A DNA stretch of 63,987 nt, counting the filler, from Reticulomyxa filosa (lineage: Eukaryota; Protista; Foraminifera), in assembly GCA_000512085.1 (NCBI GenBank). It is 18 parts of 18 records of this genome, joined end to end, with 100 filler letters (N's around TTAATTAATTAA, not from the genome) between each part and the next. Parts side by side here need not be neighbours in the genome. Positions count along the whole stretch, not along the records: positions 25,759 to 27,714 come from ASPP01009596.1; positions 27,815 to 29,515 come from ASPP01006492.1; positions 29,616 to 32,780 come from ASPP01026536.1; positions 32,881 to 37,695 come from ASPP01020211.1; 14 more parts are not named here. One strand, 5' to 3'. Each line of letters begins with the position of its first letter. Position 1 is the first letter of the stretch. The translations under genes and the position numbers were made by a program. Shown here one piece after another: positions 25,940 through 37,795 of this stretch. The notes below the pieces were generated by a model. It did not search any database and was not told the origin of the DNA. It worked only from the letters and a program-made list of their open reading frames with translations.

Positions 25940-27714
25940 ATATATATATAGACAAAACTCTCTCAAATAATTAGGAATGCCCTCAAGAGCAGCTTTAATG
26001 ACCGAAGCGTTATGATTCTGTAAGATAAGCATAAGCGGCGTTCTGCCGGCGTCGATTTTGGCTTTCCAAATTTCAGGCATGAGTGGCTTGGGGATGCATT
26101 GAACATAATTGCGAATTAAGTCCGCGGGCGTATCTTTATCTTGCAGGAATCGAGTTAACAAGGACTTGCCGTACGCGTCTTTGGCGCGAATGCAGTCCTC
26201 AGTAAACCGGTGCGACTCCTTTACAAACAGTGGTGCCAGTGAACGTCCGTCAGTTCCTAATTGGACAAAGTTCAAAAAAAAAAAAAAAATTAATAATAAT
26301 AATAAAATGGTAAATGTATACGTGTAAACATATAAAATATAAATATATTTATATTTATATATATATATAATGTATAAAACCTGCAATTCGTAAGCGCTGA
26401 TCAAAGGAAAACTTTGTTTCGGAGCACTTGTCAATTTTCTCTTTCAATTTGATAATTTCGGCTAATTCCGCACTTTTTTTCTGAAACTCGAAAAGCGGTT
26501 TCAACGTCAGCACAACTTCGCCTACGATGCCAATGGCTTCATTGTCTTTCTGTTCCACTGATGTGATCACACTGAATCTTAATTCGACATTTGTTATTGG
26601 AATTGGCAATCCCGGCTCTCCAATCGTCTTTTTATTTATTTATTTATTTAATTTTAAACAAAAGAAGTTATTACAATTATTTAGAAATTATTACACAATT
26701 GGTAAACATTTCCAAAAAAAAAAAAAAAAGTAACTTCACGATAATGCAATCCCTTTTTCATCGTCGCAAACTGGTTGACACATCGCATGATAGAAAGCTT
26801 AGTGCTTATGTCTGTTTTGCTGTCCGTGTCGTCGTGTTTGTTCAAGTTTTCCAACGAGGCGACCAGCTCGATGCCACCCCAAAGTTCTTCAATCGACGAA
26901 AACGCCAGTGTGCAGCGCACCATATCAACACCTGTGCCGAAGTGGGGAAGTCGCTGTCGCGGAACAAGTTATACGCTTTCTCACGCACTTGGCGTACTGA
27001 CTTTACCGGGCCTGGGGTATACGCGAACCTTTTTTTTTTTTTAAAAAAAATTTCAAAAGATAAAAAAAAAAACGTATACTATTCATTTATTAAAAATTTT
27101 AATCTAATTAAAAAAAAAAAAAGAAACTTTTTTTGCATCAATTTGCTCTTTAAAAAGTGCTTGGACAGCCTCTTGAAAGGGTTCATTCAAGGAATGGGCG
27201 CGAATGCAGAGTTGAGAAATGTAATTGTTGTAATCATATTCAAACTTGGCATCGTATTCATAGGACTTGCTAAGCAAGGACACCTGTTCCAATTGGTTGG
27301 ATTCCATGTCGCACTGCAATCCTTCTGGGATGCAGTCTTGTCGCCACTGCTTTTTGCTGCGATACACCGAAGTCTTGTACTGATACTCGACCACCTTCTG
27401 CCAAGACTGGACACTCTTGTCGTTCTTTTGGAGCATCTCCTTCATGCTCGCCTCCACCCAGTTGCTGCCACGGTCTAATTGTTGCTTCGCCACCACGTGC
27501 AATTCCTCAAACACGCGCACATCGCTGCCGCTGTCATTGTCATCACTCTTCGTCTCCTTCTGCGATGCGTCCTTGTCCTTATCCTTATCCTTGCTTTTGT
27601 CTTTGTCTTTATCTTTCTCTTTATCTTTCTCTTTGTCTTTCTCTTTGTCTTTTTCATTCGATTTGGCGTCTTCAACTCTTTCATCTCTTTTTTTTTTTTT
27701 TTTTTTTTAAACAC
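25940..27714 (-). CDS. RelA/SpoT-like nucleotidyltransferase-domain protein with C-terminal ankyrin-like repeats (partial)
   Basis: After two single-base corrections: YPGPVKSVRQVREKAY..FPTSAQVLDMVRCTLAF..IMRCVNQF..HYRE..IVGEVVLTL. Followed by AKDAYGKSLL and AKIDAGRTPLMLILQNHNASVIKAAL. Confidence 0.6.
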
Positions 27715-27814
27715 NNNNNNNNNNNNNNNNNNNNNNNNNNNNNNNNNNNNNNNNNNNNTTAATTAATTAANNNNNNNNNNNNNNNNNNNNNNNNNNNNNN
27801 NNNNNNNNNNNNNN

Positions 27815-29515
27815 ACATAAATACACAATACAAACAATACAATGTAGTGCAACTGAAAGTACGAATTTTTTGCATTCTTTCACAAATTAAGTCAATTGTC
27901 TTGGCGGCAGTGTTCATATTTTTCTTCAAATCGGTTAAGTAGGGGAACAGTTGTTTGTGCTGAATAGGCAAACTCGGATCAAACATTTGTGAAGCAGAAG
28001 AGCCGTTTTCCTCTTCCGACTTTATATCATCCTTTTGAATTCCATTACGACTTACTGACTCCAATTCAATTTTTTCTTCCACTTTCTTTTTTTTTATTTT
28101 ATTTTAAAAAACACGTCAATAAAATAAATGTATTCATATAATATATACATATACAGAATATATGAACAATAAAAAAAGCACAAACATAAGGATGTGCCGC
28201 CAAAATCCATAATTTGCATCCCTTTTTCCTCATTTTGACGGCCAAGCGATATCCGAAATCTCTGCCAACGAAAATGTCATGAAAGGCGACTCCCAAGTCT
28301 TTTCCGTTTCTGGCAAAAGACAGAGTCCTCGTTTCCAAGTTCAAGCGAACGGCGACAATGTCGTGTTGGCTGAATCCACTGCAGTACTTGGGTGCAGTGC
28401 TATCCGGATTCACATCACTCGCGTGCTGTTCATTCGTTTGGAAATCCAACTCGTCAATCAACTCAGGCTTCATCGTCGTCCCAATTGAGTACACATTATT
28501 ATTATTATTATTATTGTTATTGTTATTATTATTATTATTGCTATTATTATTGTTATTATTATTATTGGCAGTAGTGGTAATAGTGGTGTTCAAGGGGAGG
28601 TTGTCTTTGCGCAAAATGGTGGTCGTGTTCGTCTTTGCTTTTGCTTTAGTCAAGCTTTTTCCCAAAATATTGGGATCAGTGGATGTGTGGGCGATGATAT
28701 TGTGAACAGCTTCGCCAAAGCCAGTGATGCCATATCCATATTTGGTTTTGTCAAACTCGCTGGAAAAGGGGCCCGACTTCAACTCCACTTCATTATTGCC
28801 TGCTTGTCCCCAAATTCCTATCGTCATAAACTTGGGCTGTCCTTCGATCTGCAGTATCCACTCAAACGATTTGTTGGATATCCATCGATATCCATACGCC
28901 GTGTCCACCCCTTCCTCATACACCATCCACTTTCCTTCTGTGCCTTCTCGTCGAACCCATGTTTCATTGGAGGCTGATGCAACGCACATGTATTGTGCAT
29001 CGCAAACATTATCTGCGACTTCGTCCCCGAATATGTAAATCGGTCTTGCAATGCCAACTACATCTCGTTTCAACACACACATATTTTTCGTTACAAACAT
29101 CTTATACTTAAAAAAAAAAAAAAAGGGGGAGGAAGGGGGGAAATACCAAAGGTTCAAAAAAAAAAAAAGTTCAATTCCATATAAATTTATATATGTGTAT
29201 AAACTTGAGAAATCCGAAATTGAAACATTGCAAATCTGGCAAGATAATCAGTAGGATTGACAATGGTGTATTGCTCACCTTCATCCACTAATGCGATTGC
29301 CAAACGGTATTTCCCAGGGGCAACCCTTGGGATGATTATATCTAACAGGATTCCATTTTTTGCAAATTGCAGTGTTTTCAATTTCAGGTCCAAGCGGATG
29401 AACAATACGTCTCCTTCGCTTAGACTGCAGTCTCGACCTTTCCCTGCCGTGATTTCACCCCACTGCGAAACAGACCATTCACACCGTATCCAAACCCCGT
29501 TGTCTCGTCGCAAAA
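27815..29515 (-). CDS. Tandem B30.2/SPRY-domain protein (partial) with poly-Asn insertion
   Basis: Two SPRY C-terminal signatures: EGDVLFIRLDLKLKTLQFAKNGILL and QHDIVAVRLNLETRTLSFARNGKDLGVAF; FEWILQI..MTIGI; (AAT)n at ~28496-28567. Confidence 0.75.
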
Positions 29516-31710
29516 NNNNNNNNNNNNNNNNNNNNNNNNNNNNNNNNNNNNNNNNNNNNTTAATTAATTAANNNNNNNNNNNNNNNNNNNNNNNNNNNNN
29601 NNNNNNNNNNNNNNNTACCCTTTTTTTTTAAAGAAAAAAGTATTTGTTCAAACGTGAGAATATAGTATGCGTATAATAGTTGAAACAGTTACATTGTTTG
29701 TCATTTTTTTTTTTGCAGTGGTTGTACTAATACTTTTTAAAAAAAAAACGAAATTTGGTTTGTAAACTATACTACATTTTGTAATTTTTAGCTTTAGTCG
29801 CACTTTTACAAATTTTTTCCATTTCTTTATTAAAAGAAAACATTGTGATAATGCACAACACATCCCTAAGGAAAAGGAAACAAAATATACATTTCTTACA
29901 TTTTTTTTTCAAACAAAATAATCGTTACAATTAAAAGCATCCTCATTTTTGTGAAATCAGTTATTAGAGAAAGTGTAATACGAAAATGTGGCTCCTTCAA
30001 GTTAATTTTAAACCAAAATAAAAAGTTAAATTAAAGAAACAAAAATTACAACACAACAAGGAAATGAAAGTGAGTTGGAATTTTTTCACAAACCCATAAA
30101 GAGGGCTTTGCAGTTCCTTGAAGCATTGCCTTACACAGTAGGGACTTGTCCCATATATGCATGAGAAATAGCGAAACTGTAAGTATCGTTTTCAAAGAAT
30201 TTTTTTTGAAGTTGTCAATGATAATCCCCAATGTCAAACTTTCTAATCGTCTTTCATATCATAAGCGAGTTGTGATTTGATTGCATGGATAACGCATCAA
30301 TAGTGTCAGAAATTGGAACAATGACTGTTGGTCAAAGAAGCGGAGACTAAGACTGACGAAAAGCCAGACCTGCTGTATCTGGCGAAGATATGGCGAGGCA
30401 ATAGGTTATTGGACAACAAATGGCCAGTGAAAGTGATCAATATATCGCTAGCCTACGGGCAATCGGAACTCCAACAATTGTTAAAAAACTTGGACGAAAA
30501 CGACAAGGATGACATAGACAAAGTCCACCAGTACGAAATCCATATTTAAACAAATTTCAGTGAACTTTCCAAAAAAATGTATTTTTAATTAAAAAATTTC
30601 AAGTCTTTTGAAAGAAACTTATATTTTTATATATGCATATATAAATATAAATATACATATATTGTTTATAAAAGTATGAAGCAGTTGTATATAGAAAATT
30701 TGAAGAAAGGCAATATCCAAAAAGATAGAATGGCGAAAACGCAACATTGCATGACAAAAGATAGCTAGAATATATTTTTAAAAATCTTACTTATATGAAA
30801 AAAAAGAACAATTGTCAAAACATTGATATGTTGTACATGGATTAATTACAGATAAAAGTATTATTAGTCGGAGAATCAAATTTTATTCTTTTTTCTGTTG
30901 GAAAATAATGTCATAATAAGTAGTATCTTGACTTTCTACAAAATAAAATTCGCCTTTATTGATGCTGCGAAGTTCTTTCTTAATCTCTTGCAGCATTTGG
31001 TTCAATGGACAAAGTGATTTATATCTTTTTTTAATAACTTTGTTTATACTCTGGCTGAATAATGACAAACCTGGCCTGAATGTCCTTTTATAGTTGATCT
31101 AATAATAAAAAGGTCCTAGTTTTTAGGATATACATCAGTATATAATTGCATTTTAAGTTGATCACATTTAGTACGATATGTATCAATGATGAAAATTTTA
31201 TGTAAATCTTGTAGCATTATCATTTTATCACAAGCAAATGATACAGTTGCGACAAAAAAAATTAGTCAACCCTAAAATATGACTTTTTATGTTTCTAACG
31301 AAAATTTGAGTAGCAAATTGTGATTATTTTTTCTGGTTTACTGGATATACGTTTACACTTTTATAAGTAGTTTGTAAAACAATAAACAAAAATTTAGAAA
31401 AGTTGTTGTAAGAAAAAATTTTCAAAAATGATTGCATCACCTTGATGTAGTATTTAGCTATTGAAATAATTGCCTTTTCGTTTTTTGAATTATTGTAATA
31501 TATACTTCATATTGTTTCTTATGTTACATATTGTTTCTTCATGAAAAAATTGATTATTTTTAAAGTGCAGTTTTAGTTACCTTTTTTTTGTATTGTTCAA
31601 AATTTCAAATATGTAAAATTTTATTATAAACTATGCTTAAGTTTATTTTTTTTCATATCAATGAATTATAATTATATCGCTTGTAGTCATAACACTTTAT
31701 GTATTATAGT

Positions 31711-32242
31711 CATTGTGATAATAAAATTCAGGACCCAGGTATTCTATTATTTGTTGAATCCTTAAAATCATTTTTATTTATGTAATATAATTAAATTTTT
31801 CTTTATTATTTGCAGAAAACAAAATTTGAACATTCAATAATATATTTTTGAAACACTTAAATTCTAATTATCGTAATTAGAAAAAAGTGAAATTGATGAT
31901 ACGTAAAGTTTAAGCAAAAATGAAAAACTTGTATTATGTTTAAATTTTTGTAAATCATATTCAATATTTCAATCATTTACAAATTGTTGAATTTGTGAAA
32001 TTAAATATGTAGTAGTACTTTTATAATTATACAAATTATTTAGAAAAATGATGTCAGTATTCTATAATTATACATAGTAATATAACTATTTTTCTAAATA
32101 GTATTTAAAAAAAACATATTTGCACATTATCTGAATCCTGAGTTTTTTCCTGCAAAAAAAGTGTTTTCAATGATCTGTATACAAGTTGTTATTACAACTT
32201 ATAATTTTTACAATTAAAATTGTCAAATTATTTATGCGACAA
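31711..32242. repeat. AT-rich dispersed repeat, copy B
   Basis: Homologous to 13930-14272, with a longer spacer between the two shared blocks. Confidence 0.75.
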
Positions 32243-32399
32243 ATACGCAGCCTAGAAATGGTCAAATGATATACATTTTAACATAGCAATAATCTGATAT
32301 TGTGTATTAAATTAAATTGTGTTAATATCAAACTAATTGAACAAATAAAATACATACATAAATGAAATATACACTATTAATCAAAGAAAAAAAATCAAT

Positions 32400-32780
32400 A
32401 TCAATATGCTCGCAACTAGTCTGTGCGTTTGCGAAACAAGTCTACAGTTTTTGTTTAATTTTTTTTAAAAATCATACAATTTGTTTTTTTAATATTTTAA
32501 TTTCTATATTCATTTTTCTCATTTCTTGGTATAACTTTGTATTGTTTTGCTTTTTCAATTTTATAATAATTTTCTATATTTGTATTTATTTGTTATATTA
32601 TCTATTAATATGAATACAATTAACTTTTTGATCTTCGATAATTTTGAGTAATGATCCAAATTTGTCTTTATTAAATTAAAATGTATATCCATATCTTTTA
32701 TTAATGTTCGCGCAGCTTGTATTCACGCACTTATGATTGCATCCAAAACTCTGGTAACAGCAATCAATTAATTTTAATGG
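32400..32780 (-). pseudogene. TRAF-type zinc-finger/coiled-coil pseudogene relic
   Basis: Minus strand from the contig end reads PLKLIDCCYQSFGCNHKC, followed by stop-riddled K/N/Q-rich sequence. Confidence 0.55.
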
Positions 32781-32951
32781 NNNNNNNNNNNNNNNNNNNN
32801 NNNNNNNNNNNNNNNNNNNNNNNNTTAATTAATTAANNNNNNNNNNNNNNNNNNNNNNNNNNNNNNNNNNNNNNNNNNNNTTTTTTTTTTTTTTAAAGTT
32901 TGTACCGAAGTTTTAAAAATCTCTTTTCTCATGTTCTCCATAGCTCACATC

Positions 32952-33654
32952 TTACATTTGATTCAAAACAAATTTGCCAGCCTCGTAAACAGAAATCATA
33001 ATGGCACAAGCCAAAGGAACCTTTGCAAGACGAGCAGTGATACCAGCAAACAGGCCTTTGGGTCCAGCCGTGCGTAGTACCATTTGCAACGAGCGTACAA
33101 AGGAAGTATCGGCATCAGCCAGAGCGTGACGTGATGCAGCAGCGAGGTTGCAAGTGGCATTAAAAGTGGTGGAACGCAGCCCAATCAAAAGAGCTTGCCT
33201 TCTGGTCTTCACAACATCAAAAGGATGCGTGACAATGGACGCAGCGATTCCAGAAACAGCGCCGGCGCAAAAGCCGACTCTGAACACGTCCGCCATGGTC
33301 GGCGAGTACGACTCAATAGCGTCCGAGGAAGTTCTTCGCGCGACGAGTTGTGAATACAAATGGCTTTTCAAAAATTCGTAGCCCATCCAATAGATGCCAC
33401 TAAAGGGGACATCTCTCCACAGCGTCGGAGCGACCCCTTTCCACAGGGACCGCACTCCCTCGGCACGAGCGTTCAGCAGCGTGGCTTGGTATATCGACAA
33501 GTTGCGATTAATCGTGCGAGCTTGCATTTGCGTTTTCAGCAATTCCAATGGCGATATTACGCATACTGCTATCGTGCGAGAGATTATACCACAGACTAAT
33601 GGGATCCATGTATTTGATCCATTATTATTCATCATCACCGTTGCTATTTGTGTA

Positions 33655-33685
<31 letters not shown>

Positions 33686-34409
33686 GCTTTGATTGCAATC
33701 CCATCGTGCTCACTTTCGTCGACAGCTTATGTCGCAACACGTCATACGTCGTAAAGTATATCACTGTTGCTGGCACTGCCATCCACAATGTCACCGACAG
33801 TCCTGTGTACAAATGCGACACGCCTTCGTATTTGGCGATTTGCATCGCTGCGTCCAATGAATGTGCGAAACGCTTTCCCACTTGCTCCTTGCTTGGTAGT
33901 GTCCCCTTCCTTATCTCCGTCGTCATCGTCGTATACCATGTTTGTCCTTTGTCGCCTATTGCTCCTATCGTCTCCGTTGCTCGCTGTGCGCTCGTGCTTT
34001 GCTCCAAACTCAATGGTATCAGGTCCAATTCCATTGTCTGTCTTTTGTTGTCGTTATTTTTTTTTTTATTATTATTGTTGTTGCCATTTGCGCTTTCACA
34101 ATTCGCTTAGTTACTCTCGCTTCGAAAATATACATTAAAATACATATATGTATACAACATATTTGTCCGTACACAACTTTTAACTTACACTTGCATCCGC
34201 GTCTTGATAACGTCAAATGGCGTCACGACTAATGATGTTATTAGTGCTCCGATGCTTGCTGATACAACTCGTTGGAAAGGGGTCACCACTGTGTCTGGTT
34301 TTGACAGTCGCAAATCCAACGTAGGAACAGGCTCGGAAAGCACATTTGGTGATTCAAGATCCAACAATTGCTCACAATCGCATTCCTTTGGGCTAGACGG
34401 GGCGAGCAT
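32952..34409 (-). CDS. Mitochondrial carrier, SLC25A39/SLC25A40/Mtm1-like
   Basis: Three carrier motifs (PFDVIKTRMQ, PLELLKTQMQ, PFDVVKTRRQ). LWMAVPATVIYFTTYD, TLWRDVPFSGIYW and KVPLACAIMISVYE are typical of this subfamily. One intron. Confidence 0.9.
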
Positions 34410-36086
34410 GAAATTTTTAATTTTTTCCCCTAGAAAGTTCCGGAGATTTACGTGCTTGGAACTAAAAAAAAAAAAAGTGTTTCCCCCTTGCCACTGTACA
34501 AAATCAGCAAAAGTAAAGTGTTCGCTTGGCCAAGAAATAGACTTAAAAAATTGTAAAACTAGTAAGAAACGTTCCAAGTATTTTAAATTTTTGATCAACA
34601 TTACTATTATTCAATGAAGCAAACTTGCACACTAAAACATTGCAGTTTCCAATAGAATATTATTTTTTTTTAGAGAATGCAATGCGCATATTAGCGCTAA
34701 ACTTGCAAAATCAGTTTGACTGCATTATCCAAAAGGACATAGCGCGCTAAAAACAAAAAGAATAAGATTTTCAAATACAATATATTACACTTATATAGCA
34801 AACCAAATTAATGTGTTAAGATAAACAATAATTAATTTAACAAAAACTTAAAAAAATTAAATATAGATAAAATCGAAATTTGAATGACACATTATCATTA
34901 TGAGTACCACACTATGTGATATGATATGATGTCTAAGTATATATTCATCATGATGTAGTCTAGCATTGCCTCTTGCATTCCTAAAGCATGAAAATTTTAA
35001 AAGAATTTGAAAAACAAAAATTATCAAATTAAACCAAAAAAAGGACTCCAAAATATGTTTAAATTGTTTTGTTTTTTAAGTTGATAAACATCATTTTGCT
35101 ATTAGTTGTAAGTTTAATACGGCATATGTATTTTTGATAGTAGTTTCAAATAAAACAAAAATAAGTTACATAAAGAATAATTAACAGCAAGAAAACGAAA
35201 GAAGCGACAAAATAATGAAAAGAGTTTTTAAGGAATTTAACATACTGTGGACTTCTTATGCACTTTAGAGTTCGGCCATCTACAGTAGGTGTTTGCCATA
35301 CAGTTGATACTTGCATCGGTGGGGCAAGTGCTGAGACTTTCTGATTCGGTGATCAATCTAATTTATTATGGAAAATGCGCTTCTACATAATAGAATTTTC
35401 TTTTTTCGAATTTTGCATTAAGATCTTTTCTTTGGCGTTTGATGTCAGATTATTGCCTCTTGACTACTTTAACTTTGTTCATGTACTTTCCTGTATTTGC
35501 TGATGGACGGCTATCGCTATCCATTTTTTAAAAAGTAATAAAAAATTTATAAATAAGAATTATTGCAATTTAGAAATAAACAAACATTTTAATTAAAGAT
35601 GCAAAAAGTTGAACTGATAAAATATTGCAAAATCTCCATCAAAAATGGAACGAAAATGAACCAAACAGGATGTTTATGAAATCAAAGTATGCGTTGTGAC
35701 TAACTTACCTTTCTTGCATGAAGATTGCTTTTTAGACTAAAAGCTCAGTGTCAGAACCTCTATATTCCTTCTGAGAGAAGTAAATTCAGAGTTAATTGTA
35801 GTGTTAGAAAATAACCACGTATAACAGACAAGCTTTATTTGATCATAAATTAGTTTTTGAACCATTTTTTTTTTTTTTGGTGCAGAAAACAATGAGCAGC
35901 AGTCGAACGTTATTGCAGCAGAGCAAAAACAGTCCAAGTGCTACAAAACCGTGAAGAATACATTTTTTTATTTTCCCCTTGTTATTTATTTCCTTTTGGC
36001 CCCTTCTATCTTTGTTGCATATTTAGTCTTCAGATGACAAAAAAAACAAAACAAAACAAGTTTCACGAAAATAGCAGAACAATGTG

Positions 36087-36577
36087 TTAATTCGCAAGTG
36101 TTGTGGCAATTCTGACGGGATGAGCTTCGGTGTTGAAGACATAGACATCCAAAGGGATTAGATTGGGATGTGAGAATAACAAATACAAATACTTGAGAGT
36201 TTCGGCGAGGAAAAACGAGTGCATGACACCTCGAGGATCTTGTTTGGGTGAATGTCCAACACTTAAAATTGGGACATATCCAGCTCCACCAGAGCGCACA
36301 CGACATTCTCGTTCGATATTTTCGTAGATCTTCCACCCATAGTCCCTCCACTTTTGATTACCAGTCAAACGCCATAAGTAAAAAAACGTTTCAACCGTCT
36401 CTGGTCTCAAAATGTAAAAGTCTACCCCGTTCGATGGCCCATCATCAGAAAACCGCATATATTCTGGTGACAAACCAGACTTTTGCTATCAGCCCGTTGT
36501 TTATAAAATAGATGCATCCAATATTGAACACACATCATATACATATACGTACATACACATATATGTACACATACGCA

Positions 36578-36609
<32 letters not shown>

Positions 36610-37323
36610 GTATATGTAATTAATGTACCCTCGCAAACATTTGATAACAAGTTTCTCCCAATTGCTCAGCGGCAGCAGTATGTCGTTGTACCATGACATC
36701 ATTATCCAAGACCTGATGAATGACACCCAAGGCAAGCATTCCTCCAGTGAAGCAAGCCAATTCGTCCATTTTGTCATCCAGTTGCCCACTTCGCCATTCG
36801 GCAATATAATACAATCCACTGGCTGAGTGTTTGCGATACAAATGGTGCAACATCCCCTCGCTTGCTTCAATGTACATTACCCGCAACGCGTCGTCCTGTT
36901 TGCCCTCGTAAATGTAATACTTCAATAAGTACTCATAGAACGAGTCGCCCATGGCTCCCCACGTGATGTGGTTGTTGCGATAGCGAATATGATTGGTGTC
37001 AATGTATATAGGGAACTGTCCGCGCAAAGGCAGCGCCGGGCCGCCTCTCTTCGGATCCAACTTTTCAAACACGCGGACCGCTTTCTCTCCCAATGATGGG
37101 TCCTTGCTTCTGTCCGCACACGACTTGAACTCCAATTGAATCGTGCCAACTTCCGCTAATAGCACTGACCCGCCCGTCCATTGAGCCGCATGTGCGCTAC
37201 CACTATTGTCACATAATATTCATATGCCTTTGATATACCGACAAAAGTCAGCATGTTATTTTTTGTGATACCATAGATATTACATAGACATATATGCATA
37301 TATAAATGTATATGTGTATATAT

Positions 37324-37362
<39 letters not shown>

Positions 37363-37601
37363 CTGGCCAAATTCACCTCGGACAAAGGCATTCCATTGCC
37401 ACTGTTGAACACAGCCGATAAACGACGAGCCAAATCTTTAGCTTTGTGTAAGAATATGTCATTTCCAGTTAAGTCATAAACGCTCATCAATCCTCCCAAG
37501 CAGCGGATTGTCGTTTCAAAAAAAGACACCGTTTGGTGTTTATCAAAGCTCAATGATTCCTTTACCCATTTTGTTGCGTTGCCAAGCAATCCATTCAATC
37601 C
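36087..37601 (-). CDS. Class I alpha-1,2-mannosidase, glycoside hydrolase family 47 (5' truncated)
   Basis: FFETTIRCLGGLMS, LAEVGTIQLEF, WGAMGDSFYEYLLK, ELACF, YILRPETVETFFYLWR, SFFLAETLKYLYLLF and VFNTEAHP. Confidence 0.95.
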
Positions 37602-37653
37602 CTTCGAACAACCAAACAATTTAATTTAACTGTGGCTTCGTCATTTACTTTTA

Positions 37654-37695
<42 letters not shown>

Positions 37696-37795
37696 NNNNN
37701 NNNNNNNNNNNNNNNNNNNNNNNNNNNNNNNNNNNNNNNTTAATTAATTAANNNNNNNNNNNNNNNNNNNNNNNNNNNNNNNNNNNNNNNNNNNN

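Noticed and set aside
34105-34190. Non-canonical intron end in the mitochondrial carrier gene (similar phase problem at ~6604-6665)
   Set aside because: A single homopolymer miscall restores a canonical GT-AG phase. All other inspected introns are GT-AG.
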